Shown: one piece after another, positions 25,301-37,300 of the stretch
How the letters are laid out: each line of letters starts with the position of its first letter
Position numbering within the stretch: the stretch's first letter is position 1
NCBI GenBank assembly: GCA_002633005.1
Contig: NMRA01000020.1
Span: 1,093,717 to 1,157,716, forward strand
Length of the DNA: 64,000 nucleotides
From: Phoronis australis
Lineage: Eukaryota > Animalia > Phoronida
Reading direction: 5' to 3'
The notes under the pieces: model-generated
Seen by the model: the letters and a program-made list of their open reading frames with translations, nothing else
The model's database searches: none
What the model was told of the DNA's origin: nothing
Translations under genes and position numbers: made by a program

Positions 25301-28300
25301 ATTGGCGAATAGGTTTGTATCAAGGTGACAGCCTCGTTTCAGATGGATTTGACTTATGCAGCGTCCCATATTGGTAGTATGCTGCCGTCTGCGATGCAGG
25401 TGTGGGCACATTCCAATGCTTCACATTGCTGTTTGTAGTATTTTTAAAAGAGATCTCTTTGTATTTGAAAAATTTAATTTGAGTCATCAGTCTGGGAACA
25501 CTGCTTTTCAAGCTCACTTTGAAAACACCTGGATTAGAATAATACAAAGATAGCTTAGGTTGTTAAAACTGCCTTCAAAATACAGTGAAATTTATTTCCC
25601 ATAAATATTTAAAAACAAAATGAAATGTCAAAGGCAATTCGAGGAACTAAGTGTATAATTTGTCATTTTTATTGGTTTGTTTATTTGCAGGCCAAGTTGA
25701 TCATGTGTTTGAGTTTGAGTCATAGTATTTTGTAAGTTTCTGGCTTCCTATTACATAACTGCTTTGAGGTGTTTTCAATAAAAATTCCTAGAACTGTTAT
25801 GTAATTCGTGGCTTGTGTAAATCAAAAACTGGACACTAATTTCCCTGCCTTATGCATACCATCTTGCTAGTTGTTGTTGCTATGGTGAGACAGAAAGGTA
25901 ACAAGTCTGCCAGTGTCTCAAGTTTTATGGTAATGGCCATTTGATTATCGTCTAGGAGGCTCCCTATGGTGTTAGTTTTTGTTCATAAAAATGTTCAGTG
26001 AAAGTTACAAATGGTGTGAGGTTCCTTGTGGGTCATTGCTTCCTTATTTGGTAATTTGTAGTCACCGAGTGTGTCTCACCTATCTTGCTCAGCGATGACT
26101 GGACTCCTGGTGATAGACTAATTATGCTGCGAATGCAGGTGTCAACAACCGGTAATCGAAGCTTTCTCTGTAATAGCTTCCATTGGTCACCATGAGATCT
26201 TTGTGACCTCTTGACTTAGCTCTGATGAGTAATGTTTGTGGGGCGCTTAAGTATTAGAGTGCTAACCGTCTTTGCCATAAACAACTGAGCTATTCGTGTT
26301 GAAAGCTACTGTCAGTGATGTTCAGTGCTTAACATTTGATAAAGTCCTCACCCTATTTGTACAAGTGTGCTGCTGTCATAGTTAAGCTGAAGCGGCTTCA
26401 ACATGGCAACAAAGATTACGCGGTGGAACAGTTTTAACAAGTATGACGGGGATTCTCTGGGTGAGAGCGAAATGAGACCTCGGAGCAGCACGTGGTCAGA
26501 GACAAATAAAAAGCCACCGATTCCTCGCCAAGTGAACAAAGATGGTGCCTCTAGGGAACCAGCTTTATCCCGGAATGACAAGAGCTATCTTCAGAGACAG
26601 TTTCAACTGGGCCATAAGGCTGTGAGCCGAGAGAAATTAACGAGTAAAGCTGACCAAAACCTCATCAACTCACTACAAAAGCAAATTCAGAACATTTCAA
26701 TTCCAGATGACTCTAAGCCTCAACCAAAATCTATTTTGAAAAAGCCGTTGCGCCGGGAACAGAGTCTTGAGTCGGACCCTGGTGGTAAGACTGTGAAGTT
26801 TGGCTGTGGCGTGAGATCCAGCTCACATTTCGACCTAAGTGACTTGGAGAAACCAACCCTAATGTGTGCAGACAGGAACGGTAACGTGTTCCCTCTGGGA
26901 CGCAGGCGTGCCAGCGCCGAATCCTCAATTAGTTCAAGCAACATTCGCCGAGTGATTCGCGATGAACTTCTCGAGTGCACAATATGCTTAGACCGTTTGA
27001 AATTTCCCAAGATGCTTCGCTGTATGCACACATTCTGCTTGCAATGTCTCCTTGAAGTTGTAAGTAGTGAGCAGATGACCTCTTCCTTTTTGTGTCCTGT
27101 TTGTCGCGAAACCATCCCAGTTCCAGAAGATGGTCTCGAGAATCTGCCAACAAATATCTATGTACTTAAACTTCTAGATTTAGTTGGACCGAAAACCTTG
27201 CCTGTTTATTCTGAAAACAATGAGCCACCAGAAAGTCCATCTACTGATTCATCATCACCACCAACTACACCTGGGGTGTTACCCGACTCCTTTGTCAAGA
27301 GAAAAAACTTTTGCAGCTTCAAAGTTCATGAACAAATTCGAGATCTTGTGTTTACTTGTGACAACAGCTACCTGGTTGTTGCCTGCGCCGATGCCATTAG
27401 AATCTGCGACCTCAGCGGTCGTGTGTTGAGGCTCATTCGCCATCTGTCATTGGCGGCTCCAAGTCGCGTTGCCGTTGGCACCAATTTCATTGCAGTTATA
27501 GATAGAATGGAACACAATGTGAAGACATTCTCTCTGGAAGGAGATCTACTGGGCAAGACCAATGAGGCCTGCAAAGAACCAATGAGCATTGGCGTTAACA
27601 GTTTGGGCGAAGTCTACATTGCCAGCAATAAAGGAGAAGTGTCCGTTTTCAGTAAGAAGTTGGACTACCTGAGGGAGTTTCCTGTCAGCGAAGTGTACAG
27701 GCCGTCTCACATGGCCTTTACTAGATGGGACGAGTTGATCATCTCTGACAGCTGGGACAATGAGATCAAGGCCTTTGATAGCTTTGGTAACCTGAAGTTT
27801 ATGTATTCGCCTCGCAACAATACAGAAGGTTCCAAAAAGGTACCTTTCAACCCCATTGCTGCAGATAAGAGTGGAATGACATTTGTGGCAGATAGCCTTC
27901 GAAGTCGGGTTCACGTTGTCGACACCCACGGAAGATTTTGCGGTTGTGTCGCCACAAAAGCTGAGGGCGTTTGTCTGCCTGTTGCTATGGCTACCAGTGG
28001 CTGTGGCTATTTGGCATTAGCGGACAGCCAGGAAAACATTAAGATCTACAAGTACCGCAAATAATGATTCCAAAGGTTACTGACTGAATTGTAGAGCTGT
28101 TTTAAGGTTACAATTGGACAAAGGAAACCAAAAGTTTTTTCATTGATTATCAACACATCATAAATGTTTAATTGTTATGAGTTCATGTACCTTTTTGATT
28201 TATTTTGTTGTGCATTTTGTGTCACTAATATTTTGTTACCTCCATTATTGGAGCTTACAAAATTAGTACTTTTAAATACAAAGTCACGCATCTTATCATC

Positions 28301-31300
28301 TAATTGCTGTTCTGAAAGTTCCTTTTGATTTCATTGGGCTTTCTGAAGAATTTTAAAATTTTTAAAAACCTAAGGTGCTGTGTCAGTAACACCTTAAAAA
28401 TAGCCTAGGGCTTTTCTTATCAGTAGGACTATGTTTGTACCATTCATATCCAACGTGATGCAAATATATTCCAAAAAACCAATAAGTACATCCCCTAGTT
28501 TTCCATTTTCAAAAACAGAAATCTTTGTAAGCAAATATGTATATTATATATTTCATTTTGTTAAGTAACGTAAAAGTGATCTGGAAATTATCTACTAATT
28601 CTGCTGAATTATGTTATGGCTCCAATACCAATTTGCATGTCAAGTTTATGGTTTCTCAAAGCTGGAATAAGATCAGCCCCACCTTCAGAAACAATTAACA
28701 GTTACTTGAACGTGTCTGCTGCAAAATGTTTGTCAATTGATTTGTGACCAGGATATGTTGAAATTCTGGAATTGTATTGATGATTAAAAAACAAAATATA
28801 TTGGAATTGTGGCACTTGCTACATTGCAATATGAAAATCCGGCATTCAAAATCTCTAATTCCGCAAAAGAATTCACTTTATGTGAATTCCGAAAAAACTA
28901 AGAGTCTCTAAATAAGTGAAAGTCTGAAATGCATGTCACACTCAATTTATTTTTCCGACTTGGTTTTTGGTCTTTGAAATTTAGGGTAAGGTAAGAAACT
29001 GTGTCAAACATCCCTGGCTTCTTAAGTACCCTCATAAGTTTTGTAAGCACAGAATTGGAGACAAGAATTTGATTTGTGACAATAAAAGGCTAGTGTTTAT
29101 ATGTGGTTTATGTTAATACCTGTCTGTCTTCCTTGTATCTCACATTTTAACTGCCTAAGACCATAAACATCAAAGACAGCAGCTGTACAAATTAATCTGA
29201 ATTATGAGTAACAAGTACCTATGAATGAAGAACGCCTAGGGCAACCTAAAGTTTTATAACTTAATTATGTGTATTAGACCCCTTAAGTATTATCCAGGCG
29301 TCTATTTTTTGCTATGGGCTCACATTCCAATATCTTTTTTGTAACTTTGCAAATATTATCACTGCCCAATTTTAACTGACAGTGTTCATACTTTTCTAGA
29401 GTATAAATTTTTCAGAATCTAGCCATTTGAAACTATGTTAAATCAAAATTCAAATCTCTTTTCCAAGTTCTGCTCGTTGAAGGTTAGGCTATCCTTCCTA
29501 GCAGACAGTATACCTTAAAATTTCTTATAGAAGCCCAAGCAGTGTGTGTTTTAGAGCTGACTTCCATTGGAGACTAGCATCAATTAATGAGGGACTGGGC
29601 GTTAATTGTATTTTGCCAACCATCCACTCCACAGTCACAGATGCCTCTCGAACTAGGATAGTGTTGGACACCTGGAGTTTACTAACTTCTTAGTACTCAT
29701 ATCCTTCAGCTTCTGTTAGAACCTTATGTGTAAACTGCCTACTTCCCTCAAGTCTTACTTCATTTGTGACTACGTGGAGTCTTATATAAGCCAGCAATAG
29801 ATTTTCAGACATTACACGCCCTCTGTATTTTAATTCCTTCAGTTATTTGGATGAAGTATTTCAAATTTTATTAATCAATTTTCCGTCCTAAGGTCAAATG
29901 GAACAAAGCAAGTAATTTGTATGTAAGAACAGAAAAGATTGAATACTAGATTGTCGTTTGGGAACCGTGCTCAGGTAGCTTTTTGAGGAACCAACAATGG
30001 TTTTGAAGTTGTTGTCAGCCAGGGTGCTTTTTTGGAAAATCCCATAGTTCAAGAAGTTACTAAATCAATCATCAATGAGTACTAGGGCGTCTATTCTGAC
30101 TACGTTTTACCGTATTCCTTCAGTTAAAAAATGATATGAATTTAACTTTTTAGGAGGAATTTAATTTCAGAAGCCAAACTGTTTTTTTTGCTTTTAAGTT
30201 TTTATTCAACAATATACACTTATAACACTTCAGTTAAAGGGTGAATAAGAAAAATGGTGCAGGGCTTTCACACACACACTTTCACATACTTCATCATTTA
30301 ATAAGTCTAAGAAATAATACTTAACAATAAGTGAATTTAAGATCCGACAGATTCATTGCATGGCAGCACATTCTAATTTTAATGTTGTCTCACTCGTTCA
30401 TTTTGTTTTTGAATATTAAATATTGTAATTTTAACATATTTCAACATGAATCACTTAAAGGCCAGCCAATCTGGACGAAGCTGCTGTTGGTAATAAGTAA
30501 ATAAATAAAATGTTGCGTGACAGTGATAATTAATCAACGGAGAGAATTCAGGCAAAATGAATTCATTTTTGTTATTTTGACATCATCCTTAAGGGAAGAT
30601 GTCAAAATATCTTGAACATCAATCAACAAGCTTTGCACTACATTACAATGCAAAAACTTGTGTTGTTATTCTGCACTAGATTAGGGACATTTATCCGAAT
30701 TAACAATCTTCATCTTATGTAACAAAGAGATAGTATACACACTGCCATGCAACAACACACTTAAAAGTCAGATTTAATGCATGGATCCAGGGGAAGTATA
30801 AAAGGCAAGGGATAATTTTTTTGATATCTTGTTTTGAGCAATGCTCACCATAACAAATTTCCGTAATTATCTTTTGCAATGGTTCTCTAAACTATTGGCC
30901 AATTTATGTCATACATTTTCTTAAGTTCAAATTGGTTGTCGAAAAACAGTCCTTTGCATTTTTGGTTCTTTAAGACCAGACACCTCACCAACTCTTCTGA
31001 GAAATTCATTAAAGCATTTTGTCCTGAATAAATAAGATTGTATTATCAGCGTACTGGGCTCTTTTGACTTCACGCCCATCAATTCACAATCCTATGGGAT
31101 TATTTCTAATGTAATGGCACACATAGTATATAAAAAATTGACTACTTGAAGGGTGCCCTTGACAAAAACCTCTCTTGATGTTAAAATAACCACAAGTAAA
31201 TCTGTTGTTTTGAACACAAGACACAATATTGTTATCAGGCCAAAGGGCTTTCTGAACAGTGAAGAAAGGACGAATTTAATTTGACATACGCTTTCTTAAA

Positions 31301-34300
31301 ATCTAAGAATATATTTTATTCATTAAGGTTATTATTTGTATAATATGATATTATGGCCTGTATTAATTTAACATTTTGACCAATAAATCATTTTGAAACA
31401 GAATTTTGGTCTGGATGAATAAACTTTCAAATTGTACTTATTTGTTCTGTTGGCAATAACCAAGTTTGTAAATAATTTGTAGTCACAATTCAATAACGAA
31501 ATAAGTAGTTCTTTGCCTTTGGGAGGTTGAAAATTTTCCTGTTTTAAAATTGTAATTAATACATTCCAAAAGGTATAGTATCCCAAAATGTTTAATTTAT
31601 AAAATCTGTATCCTAAACTGTCATTGCCTGGTGTTTTATTGTTTTGGGGTTGTTTTAAAGCTTCATAGAGCTCATTCTCTGTTATCTCTTGTTCTAATAA
31701 TAAGGGTTGGGCAGTACTTGTAACGCTAGGCAGAGTGAATATATCAGGGAAATCTATATGCTAATTAGTCTTTTTCAGAATTGAAAGCTTCATAAAAAGG
31801 TCGTTGAATGTTTTGTATCTCTTTTGGGTCTCGGGGTCACTGTGCCATTTGACTGTTATATGTTTTTACCATGGTTACGTTTTCAAGATTTAAACAATAT
31901 TTAGAAATTGTTTCACCTTCTTCCCCCCACTGGATGTGACTTCTGACAATTACTACCTGCCAAATAGTTAAAAAGTCAACATTTTTAGTCCATGATCTAT
32001 CAGTTACTTTAGCCACTGCTTTATGTATTGGAGACATTGCTAGTGCAGTAACTGTTCTGCTGCACTCAATGTGACTTTACGGGATCAGATTTTCTGATAA
32101 ACAGGCCTCTTGACAACATCGAGACTTGTACAAATCTATTGAAAAAGTACAAGGTACCTCAACACGGACCAAGTTTCTGTTGAATGTGGTCTGAAGATTT
32201 TTTTTCTAACCTAAAAATCATTAATTTTTTATCATCGTAAGAACAAGATATGATTGATTTTGTAAGAGAAGGTGACGGGTATATTATTATTCATATTTTA
32301 ATTTTGTTGATTGGTTTTAAATTAATATTTGTTGTTACAGGTAACTTGGCATGAGGTTGCTCGACCTCAAATCCATGGATACGACCTTCAGTGCATAGCC
32401 ATGATTGGCCGATTTAAGCTGGCCTCAGGTGCAGATGAGAAGGTCATTCGCATCTTTGAGGCTCCAAGAAGCTTTATTAAGAACTTTGGCATTATCACAG
32501 GCTTGGATGTGTCACAGGAGCTTTTGCAAACTGTAAGGACTTTGTATTGGTATTACTGCTTGTGATTTGTGATCACTACATTATTTCCTAGTGCAGTACA
32601 CTTTTCAAATACTTTATTGAACTAACAGTACCCAAACCTGTAGAGGATGGCTGGGGGATAAGTGCAGAGGGCTGGGTAGTCAGTTGCTGTCTACACTGTT
32701 GCCCCAGGTGGTGTCCTGAAGCCCCTCCCTGTGACATGCTTCAGATGTCATATACTGTTCTTTATATTAATCCATCATATAGACAACAGCAATGGGTTAC
32801 AGAAAGGTTTGCTATAGAGCCGCTGTCGAGGCACCCCTGCTGCCATCTGTGTGCTGACCCACATGCCACCTAGGTCACCATTGCTCTTGCTGCCTCTTAC
32901 TGAATACTTAGTTGGATACTCTGACTCCAGTCCGCTCGCAGATCATGTGCTGCCTGGTTACTGCTCGTTCAACAAAATATTTGTGTAATGTCACAGCTGC
33001 ATCTACACGATTCATGAGCTCTTTATGACCGGAACATCAAAATTTCCTTAAATCACATTAAAGTTGCCATGATTACCATGAGATTTCTTGTCAAATTATG
33101 TTCAGTTTGTTGTTAGTAATAACCATCGAAAATGTTCAATAATAAAACTAATGAATAATCACTAAAATTTGCTATAAAACCAGATCATGTTGTTTTCTAT
33201 TGTTGTTTTCATGTCCGAGTTTTATCTTAGCTTGCAGAAGGAGCCAGCGTCCCAGCATTGGGCCTGTCAAACAAGGCTGTGTTTGAAGATGCTCAACAGC
33301 CACTGGTGCAACAGCGAGATGAGCTACAGCCACACCCCAATGAACAGTATGCTGACTCTTACTTTAAGTCAGTCAACATGAATGGTATGTTATGAGTCCC
33401 TATAAGCATAGGCTGATTACTCACAGCAATTTCTTAAGTCAGCCTTACCATATGGTAAAATTTAATTACCGGGAAATGGATAACTTTTATCACTTGCCGA
33501 AAGCGATGGAGATTTAATAATAGGCGTGATCTGTCTGTGTCCATGCAGAGATTATAGTTCTGTGCCCAACTCCTACATTTCTAAACGGATTTTGACCCAA
33601 CATTCAAAAAGGTATGCTTACGAAGTATCGTGGCATCAACTTTATCTTTTTCTGAATTTTGACCTGTTTTCGACTTTCACATAGTTACCTGTATAGGCAA
33701 TCGCTTTTCTGTATGCAACTCCAAATATTTCAAAGGGATCCATCCAACTTTCAAGAACGTATGCTCTCGAAGTGATGTAGGGCATACCATTGATTCAGCA
33801 TTTTGTGATTTGACTAGTGTGTTCTTACTTTTAGCCCGTCTTGATTTTTAACATCTGTGTAGAGAAATGGGTCCTCCCCGAGCAACTACTCAAAGACTTA
33901 CATTTTAAGGTGGATTTCAGTCAAAAATTTTATTAGTTTGTAACTGTGCTTAATATGAAGTGTTGACAGCATTTTGCAACTTTTTTAGTATTTCCTTAAT
34001 TTTGGCTCCCTTGATTTCCATGCAATATTCTACCCCCTACAGGGATATTGCTACCTGTGACTGCTTGTTGGCCTACTTTTCAGAAAGAATTATCGAAATT
34101 GAAGGGTTGTAATGTTTTTTATTCTGTAAAAAATAGAGAAATCAATTGTTTTCTTCGTGTGTAGATTTCTTTTGGGCCAAGACAGACATGTTTTAATCAA
34201 CTTCTTTATCTTGCTTTATTGAAGGCAATTATTATAGTTTATTATTATCCTTCCCAACTTTTAATAGGTCACTGAGATTCCTTAGTGGGCATCTCTGAAC

Positions 34301-37300
34301 AAGTATCGGCATCGTTTGTATAGCAGTTTATTACTCAGTAAATTTAATGTGGGAGGTGACAAGATACATTATTTTCTCACCTGCCATCCATATTGTTGTT
34401 TCATTTCCTTTATTCAGCACCCATAAGTTTTATTGCTTTGGAATGCATGCACCTGTGTTGTTTAAAAACTTTGTTTGTATAATTTCACCACTTTGACAGA
34501 ATTCTGTCTGACTCTGCCAAACTTGGATGACCGTCTTGCCAGATTCATCGGAATGAAATGACATTTTTGTCACATTCGAGTCATAGTTTAATGATTCATC
34601 GGTGGCTCGCTGCCAACTGCAGAGAATGAACTCCCTGTGACAGGTGACATTCTGTGACAAAACTTGCTTGTCTGAAATTCTGTGGCATTTTGAGATTTCT
34701 GTGACAAAATGTGACCCTGCAAGTCAGTGTCAGTATTTTGGTTGGTTTGTTATTTTATACTGCATCAAGTGGCAGTTCCTTTCTCACAAGTTGTAAAATT
34801 ATGAAATTTGTCGTTGACAAATATTGTGTCTCGCAAGTGTGAGGAAAGCAAAGTTGATTCGTCTTATCCATGTGAAAGGCATCAAATTGAGACTTTCTTG
34901 TCAAAACGCTTTGGCAATTGAGACTTCCCTGTGACATATTAAAAATTGACAAATTGTGGCTTCCATTGAACATTAATCCATTCTCTATAGTTGTTTTTTG
35001 TGAAAAGACTGGAAAGGCAAGTTGTCATGCTTTTAACAAAGTGTGTGGAGCCCCGCATCTATTGAGATTTTATTAAGAATTTGCCAGAATTGAAACATGA
35101 AAACTACGACTGTATGCACTGATCAAGAATGTTCAGTTACTTATCTGATTTTACTTGAGCCGTTCTAATTGCATTAATTTGTGCTTTTCAGAACCTCCAA
35201 CAGAGGAGAATCTCTTACAAAATACTTTGTGGCCTGAAACACAGAAGTTATATGGCCATGGTTATGAGATCTTTGCTGTAGCATCCAATCCCCAGGGGAC
35301 TGTATTGGCCTCGTCGTGTAAGGTGAGTAACAAATAAGCTCACTATTTAATTGACTCTTATCTATGGTAAAAATTCTTCAAATTGATGTATTTCGGTTAT
35401 TAAAGGCTTACCGAATTGTTGCAAAAGCTCAAAGTAATGGCTACATCATACAAGCTACACTATAAGCAAAGTAATTTTTTCTAAAAACTAAGGAATTTTT
35501 GATTCAAGCCATTTGTGAGTTTTAAGGCTTTGGTGTAGATGAATTGTGTCTAGTTAATGCATTGTATCAATAAAAGAAAATTAGAAGACAGTTATCCGTC
35601 CGTAATGTTTTGTTGACAGGCAGCTAAAGCTGAGCATGCTTCAGTAATATTATGGGATACCACAACATGGCGCCAGATTGGACATTTGCCATCCCATAAT
35701 CTGACAGTGACCCAGTTAGCATTCTCAGCCAGTGGGAATTATCTCCTGTCTGTGTCACGTGATAGGACATGGTCAATGTTTGGAAGGGGTACAGTGGAGC
35801 CAGGTGAACCATTTGATTTGTTTTGGCCTGTTTGTGTATGTGGCTGGGGAGAGACACGAAACTGGGAACTGTTTCCCTTTTAGTAGTTTGCAGTTATGTG
35901 TTAAATGATTTATTTGTAATGAAATTTGATATTGGCAGAACTTTTGAATTCCAATTTAAGTGACTGTTTATGTTATTTTGAATTATCGTTGTCAATGAAG
36001 TGCAAAATTAATTCAACTTGGCAAGGAAATAATTATATAAAGTTATCAAACTCAGTGCTGAACCAATCTTTCAAAGGATTTGATTTAATGTTTAATCAAA
36101 ATATTTCCACTGTCAAAATCACTGGAGAGCACAGTCCAAAACCAGGCACTGCATTGTTTCTCAGTTGAGCAGCTATGATACGTCTTGATGGAGTGCTTGA
36201 CCGCCAGTAATTAATATGACATGTTTTTGCTGCAGGTTCCTTTGTAAAAGTTGCTGGAACAGACAAGAAGACCAGTGTTCATTCTCGCATTATCTGGTCT
36301 TGTTGCTGGAGTCCAGATGAGAAGTTCTTTTTCACAGCATCTCGGGACAAAAAGGTATTGTCAATATCTGTGGTAATACTTGTCTGCTGCTGTCTTAATT
36401 CACAATTATGACTGAAAATCAATTTGCACTGATTGGCGGTCATTGTACCATTTTTGATAGCTAAATGTTAGTTTAGCTAAAAGATTTTTGATTATTGCTG
36501 TTAGTTTAAGGTTATATGGGACCATTGGAAAATATGTAAAATTAATTTGGCTAACTTTGGAACATCATATTTCGAAATGGCTGATTCGATTCCTGTGAAA
36601 CTTTCAGATATCATGCTTTGTGCACTGTTCTCCAAAACTTTGTTAGGGGTTGTTTTCAAAATGGTCCACTTTTACGTGAAGGGCTAAACAAAAAATTGAC
36701 TTTTATGAAAATCAGAAATGTGATCTCACGCTCCACACAACTATTTCTGACAAAAAAATTTCAGTGAAGTGTCTGAGTATAATAAACACTAACTTCTAAT
36801 TACTGAGATAAAAATTTTGTAGACTGTGATGTGCTCATTCTTACTTGGCTAAACCATATTTCTGCAATGTGAATTGAGAGTGTAAGACAAAGTTTCCATA
36901 TTAAGCAGCTTCGTCCCCAACCCTCCAGATGGTGCATATCGGTTTAGCCATTTCAGGATTGGTGAAGGAGGTGATATCCATTGTGTGCGCTGATTGGGGG
37001 TAGACGACATTCACTGCTGACGAGACCATCACAAGAAACCTTCAAACACTTGAATCTCTGAATACTTATTCATACCAGACAAAGTTCTTCAAGATTCTTG
37101 TCCTTACTTCTTTGATGTGATCAATTTGATTATTTTTTTCCAGAAATTAAACAAGATTGAAACGCTGATTTTGACTATTTTCACAGGCGTTGCTGTTGCT
37201 ATTATTCATGATTAGGAAGTAGAAAATACTGTTTTCGTTATTGTTTGAAATAAAAGGTACTTGCTTACTTATTGTCAATTCTAATTTGTTAAAAGCATCA

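Noticed and set aside
26382-26402. ELP2 exon 12 splicing into the nested RING-NHL ORF to make a WD40-RING-NHL fusion
   Set aside because: The nearest acceptor (CATAG at 26377-26381) is in phase but reads TTA AGC TGA, so a stop precedes the ATG. No fusion protein arises from this site.
26720-27929. Antisense and alternate-frame ORFs over the RING-NHL gene
   Set aside because: Shadow ORFs of a real coding sequence with no recognisable domains.
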